A stretch of DNA of 22,605 nt from Tolypothrix carrinoi HA7290-LM1 (lineage in GTDB: Bacteria > Cyanobacteriota > Cyanobacteriia > Cyanobacteriales > Nostocaceae), in the NCBI GenBank assembly GCA_019358935.1, contig JAHHIK010000125.1:1-22605 (forward strand), read 5' to 3'. The notes beneath the pieces are model-generated. The model was given only the letters and a program-made list of their open reading frames with translations. It did not search any database and was not told where the DNA came from. The position numbers and the translations under genes are program-made. Numbering within the stretch: the stretch's first letter is position 1; every line of letters starts with the position of its first letter. Shown piece after piece: positions 8,601 through 16,397 of this stretch.

Positions 8601-9627
8601 AATTGAGCAAGACATTATCTGTCAGTTACTGTTTCCCCAAAAATGGCAACAACCACGTTCCTCAACACAAGACGATAGCAAAACTACCAGCAGTAATGCT
8701 TGGCATTGGCAACCAGCGATTCCTGGTTTAGATCGGATGCACCTGTCAAGTTTGAATTTAGAAGAATTAGAACTTCCTCGACCTGGGGAACCAGATATCA
8801 CAACTCGCATTCGTCTTCAGCAACGGCTCGAAAGTTCTCTTTTGGGACAGGCGGTGTTAGATGCAGGACTTGCTTTAAAATTGATTTTACAGCACCAAGA
8901 ATCTTTTACTTTGGAATTGGCAGATCGGCGATGGGTGTTGCATCGGCGAGATTTAGAGGCGAATGTATTTGTTCCGTTTGTGCGACGTCTCAACCGAGAA
9001 CTTAACAGATTGTTAGTAGCGAAGGGAATTCCTACAGAAGCAATTAATCAAGCTATACTCACCGGTGGAGTGGCAACTTGCGGTGCGGTGAAAAGTTGGC
9101 TGCGGCAAAAACTCCCCAACGCTAAGATTATTCAAGATTTATCTAGCAGTGACGGTGTTCCCACTTGTAGCCGGGTTGCTTATGGTTTGGCGATGTTGCC
9201 TTTGCATCCCCAAGTTGTAGAGGTAGCAAAGCAACAGTATACAGATTATTTCTTGTTTAGTGAATTGCTGCGACTAATGCCAGAGCGATCGCTATCTTTT
9301 AACGAAGTTATTCAGTTATTCGAGAATCAAGGCATCAATACCCGTACTTGTCAGCAACGCTTGCTGGCTTTTTTAGAAGGTGAGTTACCTCCTGGTTTGA
9401 TTCCTTCTAGCCAAGACTCCAACTGGCTGACTCAGACTTCAAAAGAAAATCCTGACTATAAAGCGATCGCTGCCGAAGCACTTTTTGACAAACAAGGTAG
9501 CCTTACCTATCGTCCCAATTCCCAACAACTACAAGCTCTGCGTCGCTATCTCGATGCTATCAAAGCCAGTACTCAGCAATCCTTTGAGGAACCTTACACA
9601 GTTAATTTCGTACTTGTCAGCAATTAG
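5689..9627 (+). CDS. Large protein: N-terminal coiled coil, long acidic disordered linker, C-terminal Hsp70/actin-like ATPase fold
   Basis: 1312-aa ORF with YLGIDLGTTG (phosphate 1), VEEAIA, TINIGATSTE (phosphate 2), AILTGGVA (adenosine) and VAYGLA. Confidence 0.85.
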   Translation: MTSHFEEIQRLIADIEDLFAKSGKRLPRVLSGQAAQEPRQLLERIRDFLIKLRDSSENKLAEQPQLSPILAKFADRGNSESSPQPDQNQQQSVHPPEQKIDFSALLQPLQGELQTLLQERATLVQEIRQLEQRRLHNYSLTQQMANQEQMISEFLQVLMNRIVPITPQITDNLASGASQQLDTNYSTELESTSTPPFLESTPPEQLTRFAAELDRRLLSLDGTVNVVFEALQRNIHTYHESLSQALARMHSQGVQTEHLMSSFLNNLTSQLQQSSLRGENETSSSPTIIQQDTPATTNLDTVLLQLGVDEPNSLVTANTTTPAASVPNAQLVVDEVDQLYLSLFGTENLTEQSPKIDTIRESDITDKLSANASTDLSMSNIVQPPESPTKLQQSVVQDEVTPEIINQETNVIDDVSAFTTDSSQLGGTNEVQQTENPVVVQDAWLQESNVIDDVSALTTDSSQLGATNEVQQPENPVVVQDAWLQESNADLLDASNSTPAISDTSEKVTLNNTENLLPSAEDVTPVAVEEPTVADTITVLGDLLINVAPDTSEVPSSLFVQKDEDPSPNYISASPQENLLSQAEAIADSVFDISLDEDQLEQLNQDLADFDRQLNSQLQPEINLENQFIAENTLTAAESVVEVLEIFPASSEKTEPTIPSSGGANQPESLNLDGSVWYLGIDLGTTGISATLLNRSTNVVYPLYWSAEKQSAATLLKPSFRLPAEVYLPAASVSGSEMSTEALHSEAPVAVASEKAGVATSNSPSWAQTNSVYSAQLKPYLQIAIPYKNELDKWEPVLQLNEFSAGPLIWVVRSLSKLLLTLKCVSTSTTPGLTAAAVGIDEQSFQTIINNIAGVIITCPSNSSEQYRFNVREALLTSEIVQHPQQVFFVEEAIASLLSELDGANGETVQLCVPEGSPPPIQSDRRPIGSTLTINIGATSTEMALVDLPENLQELTHSNFMLHGFAYAGKGIEQDIICQLLFPQKWQQPRSSTQDDSKTTSSNAWHWQPAIPGLDRMHLSSLNLEELELPRPGEPDITTRIRLQQRLESSLLGQAVLDAGLALKLILQHQESFTLELADRRWVLHRRDLEANVFVPFVRRLNRELNRLLVAKGIPTEAINQAILTGGVATCGAVKSWLRQKLPNAKIIQDLSSSDGVPTCSRVAYGLAMLPLHPQVVEVAKQQYTDYFLFSELLRLMPERSLSFNEVIQLFENQGINTRTCQQRLLAFLEGELPPGLIPSSQDSNWLTQTSKENPDYKAIAAEALFDKQGSLTYRPNSQQLQALRRYLDAIKASTQQSFEEPYTVNFVLVSN
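6907..7151 (+). repeat. In-frame tandem duplication, period 117 bp (39 aa), about 2.1 copies
   Basis: QETNVIDDVSAFTTDSSQLGGTNEVQQTENPVVVQDAWL repeated; units start at 6907, 7024 and 7141. Confidence 0.95.
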
Positions 9628-9645
9628 ATTGCTGCTTGAAAGTTC

Positions 9646-9694
9646 GTAGTAACGGCTTTAGCCGTTGTAATTCAGCGCTCTTCTCGCTCACTAC
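9646..9694. repeat. GTAG-type REP-like inverted doublet
   Basis: GTAG-T-AACGGCT-TT-AGCCGTT, followed by a degenerate inverted partner ending CACTAC, just after the stop codon. Confidence 0.6.
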
Positions 9695-9715
9695 CAAGCC
9701 CGCAAATCGTTTTAC

Positions 9716-9777
9716 ATAACACGCAATCATCCTTAGTATAAATACTGAGTAATACTTCCATCCAGATTGCGTGTTAT
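9716..9777. promoter_or_regulatory. Perfect 13-bp inverted repeat with 36-bp spacer upstream of the sugar transferase
   Basis: ATAACACGCAATC (9716-9728) and GATTGCGTGTTAT (9765-9777), with an inner palindrome AGTATAAATACT and a T-tract downstream. Confidence 0.6.
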
Positions 9778-9938
9778 TATTTTTTTCTTATTTGCTTCCG
9801 AGAAAATACTGAAAATTTAAAAAACCCTGCGTAATTGAAAGATTAGATAAAATTTGCGTTTCCGCATTTACTCAAGAAAATTTCTTGTCTATATTGGCAT
9901 TTAGCAACATATAAATCAGTAAAAACCGAATTAATGCC

Positions 9939-10613
9939 GTGTCCACCTGTACTTCTAATACAGAATCTTTTGTTGTGAATGATTTTGTAACTATAAATCA
10001 TTCTATACACGCATCAACAGTAAGCACTGTCAAACGATTAATTGACATTTTTGGAGCGATTATCGGATTGATGGTTACAGCAGTAGTGTGTATTCCCGTA
10101 GCGATCGCCAACTTGATTGACAACCCAGGTCCGATATTTTATTCTCAAATTCGCTGCGGTCTTAACGGAAAACCCTTCCGCATGTGGAAATTTCGCTCAA
10201 TGATCGTTGGTGCTGATAAACTCAAGCATCTAGTAACAAACGAGGCAAAAGGTCACATTTTTAAATCTATTCACGATCCTCGCATTACTCGTGTCGGTAA
10301 ATTTTTGCGGCACACCAGCTTAGACGAATTTCCTCAATTTTGGAACGTCTTAATCGGAGACATGAGTTTAGTTGGTACTCGTCCACCCACTCCTGACGAA
10401 GTAACACAATACGAACCACACCACTGGCAAAGATTGCGAGTTAAACCAGGCATTACCGGCGAATGGCAAGCAAATGGTCGTTCCTCTATTAACGACTTTG
10501 AAACTATCGTCAGAATGGATATTGACTATCAACGTAAGTGGTCTGTTGCCTACGATTTAAGTCTCCTAGTCAAAACTGTTTGGGTAGTCTTTAAAAAAAG
10601 CGGTGCTTATTAA
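9939..10613 (+). CDS. Bacterial sugar transferase (polyprenyl glycosylphosphotransferase, WcaJ/WbaP catalytic-domain type); start uncertain
   Basis: Motifs KRLIDIFGA, GPIFYSQIRCG, KFRSM, DPRITRVGKFLR, SLDEFPQFWNV, GDMSLVGTRP, KPGITG. Confidence 0.93.
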   Translation: MSTCTSNTESFVVNDFVTINHSIHASTVSTVKRLIDIFGAIIGLMVTAVVCIPVAIANLIDNPGPIFYSQIRCGLNGKPFRMWKFRSMIVGADKLKHLVTNEAKGHIFKSIHDPRITRVGKFLRHTSLDEFPQFWNVLIGDMSLVGTRPPTPDEVTQYEPHHWQRLRVKPGITGEWQANGRSSINDFETIVRMDIDYQRKWSVAYDLSLLVKTVWVVFKKSGAY

Positions 10614-10627
10614 TAAAATTTCCGCAA

Positions 10628-10683
10628 AAACTCTCTCAAACTCTCCCAAACTCTGCGTACTCTGCGTACTCTGCGGTTCGTTT
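10628..10683. repeat. Short tandem repeats (AAACTCTC..)x2 and (ACTCTGCG[T])x3 between convergent genes
   Basis: Directly visible. Confidence 0.65.
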
Positions 10684-10722
10684 TCCATTATCCTATCTTC
10701 CAATCCACGCATTAAGAATTAT

Positions 10723-11553
10723 TTAACCCTTCACACCCGCATCAGTTTCCGTCGGTACAATATAACGTTGTAAAAACAGAAATAATATCAGCACCGGCGC
10801 AATCGAAATTACCGAACCAGCAGCTACCAACCGCCAATCTAGGGAAAACGTACCCGCTAATTTCGCGACTCCCAGAGGTAGAGTGTATAACTGTTCATCT
10901 TGGATGACAATTAAGGGCCAAATAAAGTCACTCCAAGAACCAATAAATACGAAAATAGCCAAAGTTACCAAAGCAGGGCGAATCGCTGGCAACATAACAT
11001 GCCACCACAAGCCTAATTCTGAGCAGCCATCCATTCTCGCAGCTTCTTCCATTTCTTTAGGAACACTAATAAAAGCTTGCCGCAGCAGAAAAATCCCAAA
11101 TGCAGAAGCCAAGCTAGGAAAAATCATTCCCAAATAAGTGTTTCTTAAACCCATTTGCACTGTCAAAATGTACAGGGGAATCATCACGATTTGGAAGGGA
11201 ATCATAATCGTGGAGACGATCGCCACAAAAATCCAGTCTCGTCCTGGAAAGGACAATCGAGCTATCGGGTAAGCTGAAGCCGCGCAAAACAGTAAATTTA
11301 AGCCCACAGTCAGCACTGCCACCAATGTACTGTTGAATAAGTACTGCCCAAAAGGTAGAGATTGCCAAACTGAGACAAAGTTATTCAAAGTAGGTTGATT
11401 AGGCAATAATTGCAGCGGCGTCGCAAAGATATTTTCTGTCTTGCTTTTCAACGCCGTACTCAAAAGCCACAGCAAAGGAAACAGCGTCATTAACGCGATC
11501 GCTCCCAATAACCCATACATCCATAACCAATTTTTGCTTTTAATTAAAGTCAT
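10723..11553 (-). CDS. Carbohydrate ABC transporter permease (MalG/UgpE type)
   Basis: Six TM-like segments and EAA loop VPKEMEEAARMDG. Confidence 0.93.
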   Translation of the reverse strand: MTLIKSKNWLWMYGLLGAIALMTLFPLLWLLSTALKSKTENIFATPLQLLPNQPTLNNFVSVWQSLPFGQYLFNSTLVAVLTVGLNLLFCAASAYPIARLSFPGRDWIFVAIVSTIMIPFQIVMIPLYILTVQMGLRNTYLGMIFPSLASAFGIFLLRQAFISVPKEMEEAARMDGCSELGLWWHVMLPAIRPALVTLAIFVFIGSWSDFIWPLIVIQDEQLYTLPLGVAKLAGTFSLDWRLVAAGSVISIAPVLILFLFLQRYIVPTETDAGVKG

Positions 11554-11586
11554 TTCTCTTTTTCCACTCTCTTTTACAACTATTTC

Positions 11587-11971
11587 TTAATTACCATAGA
11601 TTATTTGCTGCTTTGACAACGTTTTATCCGGCAAATATCTATCCCCAAATCATTTTAATTGCTTGTGTTTGTCAAACGAACATAGTAATATAGTAAGTGT
11701 ATTTTACTAACTACATAGCGTTGTTGTTGGTGCGTCGAGGACAATAGTCCTCGGCGCGGAATTGAGAAAGTTGTAAATATTAATTACCATAGATTATTTC
11801 CTAGCTTTTGCAAATTTTATCCGGTAAATATCTATCCTCAAATCATTTTAATTGCTTGTGTTTGTCAAACGAACATAGTAATATAGTAAGTGTATTTTAC
11901 TAACTACATAGCGTTGTTGTTGGTGCGTCGAGGACAATAGTCCTCGACGCGGAATTGAGAAAGTTGTAAAT
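11587..11971. repeat. Direct tandem duplication of a 193-bp structured non-coding unit (candidate promoter plus sRNA)
   Basis: Copy 1 spans 11587-11779 and copy 2 spans 11780-11971. The last 133 bp are identical except G11754/A11947 in the hairpin GCGTCGAGGAC-AATA-GTCCTCGRCGC. Confidence 0.93.
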
Positions 11972-12055
11972 TGGGAATTTATTTATACCTTAATTTTCTT
12001 AATAAATACCATAACTAGAAAAATTCCTTGTAACTCGTAACAACTAACCCAACGG

Positions 12056-12148
12056 GAGAGCCAGTTGCGCGGCTGTCGGCAGAGCCGACGGCAGATGCTC
12101 CACTTGGGGAAACCCCAAGACCGCACTGCCTCCCCAACGCACTGGCTC
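12056..12148. repeat. Nested short dispersed palindromic repeat elements
   Basis: Outer GCCAGTTGC..GTCGGCAGAGCCG|CCCAACGCACTGGCTC is interrupted by ACGGCAGATGCTCCACTTGGGGAAACCCCAAGACCGCACTGCCTC. Confidence 0.8.
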
Positions 12149-12166
12149 ACAACTAACAATTAACAA

Positions 12167-12748
12167 CTAACTTCTACAAGCAGTCAACCCCATTTCAGTG
12201 CAAACATTTTGTAACGGTTGATCCCAAGATTCAATTGGTAGCTGTGGTAGATAGGCAAAATCAAATACAATTCCGATAGTCGGCTTTGTGGAACACTCAG
12301 GAGAACTCAGCAGGCGATCGTAATATCCACCCCCATAACCCAAGCGATATCCTTGATAGTCGCAAGCCACACTGGGAATGATAATCAAATCCACTTCCGC
12401 AGCCTTTATAGTTGGAGCGTCGGCATGAGGTTCGATGATACCATAAGCATTTTTTTGTAGGGAATCTTCTTTTGTGTAGAGATGCCAGCAAAGCGAGTCA
12501 CCGACGCAGCGTGGAAATCCCCATCTTTTAGTAATCTGGGTATCTTTCCCACCGTCAAAAGGTGCAAACAGTGGACTGAGGTCAGGTTCTTTCTTGAAAC
12601 TGAAATAAGCCAGGATTGTTTTTGCTTGGGTAAACAGCGGTGAGGTAGTTATGTAAGTGCAGATGCGATCGCTATGAAGTTTCCATTCTGCCAGCGACAT
12701 TGATTGACGTGTTTTGATAAGCGACCGGCGTAACTCTGCTTTTTCCAT
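12167..12748 (-). CDS. ygfA: 5-formyltetrahydrofolate cyclo-ligase
   Basis: Motifs KAELRR, YGIIEP, DLIIIPSVACD, GYRLGYGGGYYDRLL. Confidence 0.93.
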   Translation of the reverse strand: MEKAELRRSLIKTRQSMSLAEWKLHSDRICTYITTSPLFTQAKTILAYFSFKKEPDLSPLFAPFDGGKDTQITKRWGFPRCVGDSLCWHLYTKEDSLQKNAYGIIEPHADAPTIKAAEVDLIIIPSVACDYQGYRLGYGGGYYDRLLSSPECSTKPTIGIVFDFAYLPQLPIESWDQPLQNVCTEMGLTACRS

Positions 12749-12764
12749 TTAGAGAAATTTTCTT

Positions 12765-13640
12765 TTAATCTAACCGACGTCCTGTGAGATCCACGAAAAT
12801 ATCTTCTAAATTAGAAGCACGCACCATCATCCCGGTTTTATCTTTTTGTTGATCTAGATAAACATTAGCTTCTGACAAAGTCGGGAAAAACTGATATTGA
12901 GTGCGATCGCCAACTTGCTTCATCACCAAACCTTGACCATGTAAGGAGCGCAACTGTTGTAGAGTTCCCAAAGAAATCAGCTTTCCGCCATCCATAATAC
13001 CAATGCGTCCTGGCTTCTGGGCACCAAAAGCATCGCACAAATATTCGACCTCATCCATATAATGGGTCGTTAGTAGCATCGTCATTCCTTGCTTATTCAA
13101 ATCTCGAATAATTTCCCAAAGGCGCCGTCTTGTTTGCGGATCTAGTCCTACCGTCGGTTCATCTAAAAACAGAATTTGCGGTTGATGCAACAAAGCTCTC
13201 GCTATCTGTAACCGTCGCTTCATCCCCCCAGACAAAGTTTTTACTAAACCATTGCGTCTGTCTGCTAGTTCTACATAATCTAGCCATTGATTAATTAATC
13301 GCTGTCGCTGTGGATTGGCAATGTGATGTAGCCTTCCGTGCAACTCCATATTTTCCCATACTGTTAAATCTGCATCTACACTAACTTGTTGCAAAACTAC
13401 ACCAATGTTTTGCTTTGCCAATATCGGTTGCTTTACCACGTCATATCCAGATACTTCAATCCGCCCTTGGGATGGTTTCGTTAACGTGGTTAGCATCCGA
13501 ATTGTCGTAGATTTACCTGCACCATTGGGACCGAGTAGACCAAATATTTCACCTGCTTCAATTGTGAATGAAAGATCATTCACCACAGGTACATTGTTGT
13601 AAAGCTTGTAGACGTTTTCTAGGTAGACAGCAGCGGTCAT
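12765..13640 (-). CDS. ABC transporter ATP-binding protein (DrrA/NodI-like exporter family)
   Basis: Walker A GPNGAGKST, signature LSGGMKRR, Walker B LFLDEPTVGLDP, H-loop TTHYMDE. Confidence 0.93.
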   Translation of the reverse strand: MTAAVYLENVYKLYNNVPVVNDLSFTIEAGEIFGLLGPNGAGKSTTIRMLTTLTKPSQGRIEVSGYDVVKQPILAKQNIGVVLQQVSVDADLTVWENMELHGRLHHIANPQRQRLINQWLDYVELADRRNGLVKTLSGGMKRRLQIARALLHQPQILFLDEPTVGLDPQTRRRLWEIIRDLNKQGMTMLLTTHYMDEVEYLCDAFGAQKPGRIGIMDGGKLISLGTLQQLRSLHGQGLVMKQVGDRTQYQFFPTLSEANVYLDQQKDKTGMMVRASNLEDIFVDLTGRRLD

Positions 13641-13715
13641 GGATACTTTGCATATGATTGTGAATTCATCCTTAAACTAGCATTCCTGCCGCCAGGACAC
13701 TTACTTCAAAAGGAA

Positions 13716-14016
13716 TAAGGGCATAGGTTTGGCTGTGCGGTCTTGGGGTCTCCCCAAGTGGAGCATCTGCCGTCATCGGGCATGGAAAGAATCTGTCATT
13801 ACCAATAAAGCAATTACCACGTTCCCAATTCGCAATGACGGCAGGTGCTTCAAGTCGGCAGAGCCGACGGCAGGTGCTACAACGTTCGTGACCTCCCTTC
13901 GGGTTCGCCACTTCGACGGGACGGAAACCGACACCGCCGAGTGGACTCACCGCAACGCACTGCCTCCCCAACGCACTGCCTCCCCAATGCCCAATTCCAA
14001 TTGCCAATGCCCTATG
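13716..14016. repeat. STRR region carrying one inverted palindromic element (about 13730-13773) and a triply nested set (13838-13982)
   Basis: The inverted element closely matches the inner element at 12088-12132. The outer element 13838-13982 contains an inner element 13867-13966, which contains a third at about 13885-13950. Confidence 0.82.
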
Positions 14017-14920
14017 CTGGGAATGCCTTTACTAATTCATCGCCAGGAATAACTGTGGTGTAGAAGACATAGTTATGATTAGCTACATAACGGCGATCGC
14101 CTTTTATTATCGCCATGAACTCGCGGTGTCCCTCGCGTCTGCGTCCCACTAAACAACCCGCACTGGCAGCGCGAATATTATTTTGGGGAAAATCAAAGCC
14201 ATAGTGTTGATTAACCCCAAAATAATCACCTGTGTCAAGTTTGTCGCCAGTTCGTTTAAAATCTTGGTTAAAATCTCGGCAGACAGTGATATCATCAACC
14301 TGAACTAATGCTTCGTGAGGCTCTGCTGTGCCGTGGGTTCCAACACGCCAAGCTTTGTATTGCCCAAATTGAATTCTCGCAGCTCCTTGAGGATTCATTG
14401 GCTGGAAGGTATAATGACTACCTGGTTCGGTCGTAGCTTGCCAGTGGTTGACGATTTTAGGAACACCATCCACGACTTCAATGACTATTCGTCGATCGTT
14501 AAATTCATTCGGTGCATCATTATTGAGGCTGCCGTCTTCATTCATCCCCTCAATGTAAACAATGTTGTATTCCTTGGGTTCGGTGAATATAACATAATTT
14601 TTGGATTGCATGTATTTAACAATCCGGCTTGCTAGGTCATTACCTAGTTTTAAGGGAGTTTTAGGAAGTTCGTCTCGTTTAGTTTCAATCAGTTCTTTAG
14701 CTGTGACTTTTCCTAAAAATTCAGTTTCTCCTGTCTTTTTTAAGTCTTGAAATTTTTTCAGTGCTGCTGCGGAAAGCTTTCCAAACTTGCCATCGGCAGG
14801 AGGTTCCAACAGACCCAAGCCAATTAATTGTATCTGAACTTGACGAGCCAAGTCTGGATCTTGAGCGATCGCCTCAAAGCCATACTTCTCATCTGTTCCC
14901 AAAAATTCTTGTAATTTCAT
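14012..14920 (-). CDS. Peptidoglycan-binding domain protein with C-terminal L,D-transpeptidase (YkuD)-like His/Cys motif
   Basis: PG-binding-like VQIQLIGLGLL..ADGKFGKLSAAALKKFQ..G.LGKVTAKEL and catalytic-like GVNQHYG..AASAGCLV. Confidence 0.78.
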   Translation of the reverse strand: MKLQEFLGTDEKYGFEAIAQDPDLARQVQIQLIGLGLLEPPADGKFGKLSAAALKKFQDLKKTGETEFLGKVTAKELIETKRDELPKTPLKLGNDLASRIVKYMQSKNYVIFTEPKEYNIVYIEGMNEDGSLNNDAPNEFNDRRIVIEVVDGVPKIVNHWQATTEPGSHYTFQPMNPQGAARIQFGQYKAWRVGTHGTAEPHEALVQVDDITVCRDFNQDFKRTGDKLDTGDYFGVNQHYGFDFPQNNIRAASAGCLVGRRREGHREFMAIIKGDRRYVANHNYVFYTTVIPGDELVKAFPA

Positions 14921-15561
14921 ATTGCGCCCTTCAACTCTTATTAATCACATCTGCTGACTAATAGGTGCAAAACTCAATAAATTATGCACTCACTCAGTTT
15001 GTATGCGTCAAAATTCTTTACTTACCATCACTGGTTGCTATCTAAAAACCCGATTTTTCTTGTCTTCGCCTTACTTTTAGCAGTTATTTAATAACGATTC
15101 TCTTTTAAAATATACCCTTAGGTAGATTATTTAATCAAAATTATTATTTGTTACAAAATTTAAAATTATCGTTTAAAACAATACTTTTGTTTAGTAAAAA
15201 CATTTAAATATAAAAAAAATAGTAAAAATACCGAGAAAAACGTGAGATTTAAGAAATAACCTGTCAGTTATAGCGCTGTTTTACAGAGGCAGTGGCAGCA
15301 AAAAGCAAAACGAAAGCAGATGAGCGGAATATTGCTGTAAAAAAGTTAATTATTTGTATAAATAACATCTAATCTAAGTGACTTATTAGCTGACATTTTT
15401 TCATGTCATGAGCGATATTTGGGAAAAAATAGCTAATTTCTAGGCAATCAGCCGAAAAATCAGAAAAGGTTAATTTTTTGGATAAAAAAATCAATTTTTC
15501 CAGAAATGAGCTAATTTCAAAACACGGAGAAAAGTCTGTGTTCTCATTTGAGGCAAGAAAA

Positions 15562-16179
15562 ATGACAGAAGTATCAGTTCGTCTTCGCGATCTCAAACCG
15601 GAATATCAGAAGCTTTGGCAAAGCTGTCAAATAAAATCTGACCAATTAGATACCACCAAGCAGATAGTTGCGAAAATTAGGGCAAATCGCGATCGCTACC
15701 TCGCTGTACAACAAAAAATTAATGTACCTTGGTACTTTATTGCGGTCATCCACAATATGGAATCCTCCCTTAGCTTCAGCAAACATCTGCACAACGGCGA
15801 TCCCCTAAAAAAACGTACCGTAAATGTCCCAGCAGGTAGACCAGTCCCCGACCCCATTAAAGGTTGGGACGTAGGCTACACATGGGAAGAAAGTGCTATA
15901 GATGCTTTAACAAAAGGAGGCAAAGATTTAGACAAAGTAAAAGATTGGAGTTTACCCGCACAACTTTGGCAAATTGAACAATACAACGGTTTTGGTTACA
16001 GGCAAAACCATCCAGATGTTCTCACCCCTTATCTGTGGTCGGGCACAAACCACTATACCAAAGGTAAGTATAAGTCTGATGGAAAATGGGATGCCAGCCT
16101 AGTTTCTGAACAAATCGGTGTGGCTGCTTTACTAAAAATTTTGATGCAAGAAGAAAATCTTACCATTCTCATGGCTTAA
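15562..16179 (+). CDS. Lysozyme-family protein (COG5526-like); ATG 15562 preferred over the TTG at 15478
   Basis: Motifs VPWYFIAVIHNMES, LHNGDPL, VPAGRP, WEESAIDAL, EQYNGFGY, PYLWSGT, GKYKSDG; GAGG at 15550-15553. Confidence 0.82.
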   Translation: MTEVSVRLRDLKPEYQKLWQSCQIKSDQLDTTKQIVAKIRANRDRYLAVQQKINVPWYFIAVIHNMESSLSFSKHLHNGDPLKKRTVNVPAGRPVPDPIKGWDVGYTWEESAIDALTKGGKDLDKVKDWSLPAQLWQIEQYNGFGYRQNHPDVLTPYLWSGTNHYTKGKYKSDGKWDASLVSEQIGVAALLKILMQEENLTILMA

Positions 16180-16386
16180 TGGGAATGGGGCATTGGGCAT
16201 GGGGCATAGGGCATGGGGCATGGGGCATGGGGCATAGGGCATAGGGCATGGAAAAAATCTCCCATTGCCCATTGCCCATTGCCCATTGCCCATTGCCCAT
16301 TGCCCATTGCCCATTGCCCATTGCCCATTGCCCATTGCCCATTGCCCATTGCCCGATGCCCATTGCCCAATGCCCATTGCCCAATG
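16180..16386. repeat. Opposed STRR arrays (TGGGGCA/TAGGGCA)n and (CCCATTG)n
   Basis: About 18 CCCATTG-type units at 16261-16386, the first 13 perfect. Confidence 0.95.
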
Positions 16387-16397
16387 TTAAATAATCA

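Noticed and set aside
11587..11971. CRISPR array or 6S RNA (similar size, next to ygfA)
   Set aside because: There are only two long adjacent units with no repeat-spacer pattern and no cas genes. The unit lies downstream of ygfA, is multi-hairpin rather than rod-like, and does not resemble cyanobacterial 6S RNA as I recall it.
10723..13640. ABC permease and ABC ATPase as one transporter
   Set aside because: The permease is a carbohydrate-importer type and the ATPase an exporter type; scattered ABC genes are usual in cyanobacteria.
15478..15561. N-terminal extension of the lysozyme-family ORF
   Set aside because: It starts with TTG in AT-rich low-complexity sequence, whereas ATG 15562 has a plausible RBS.
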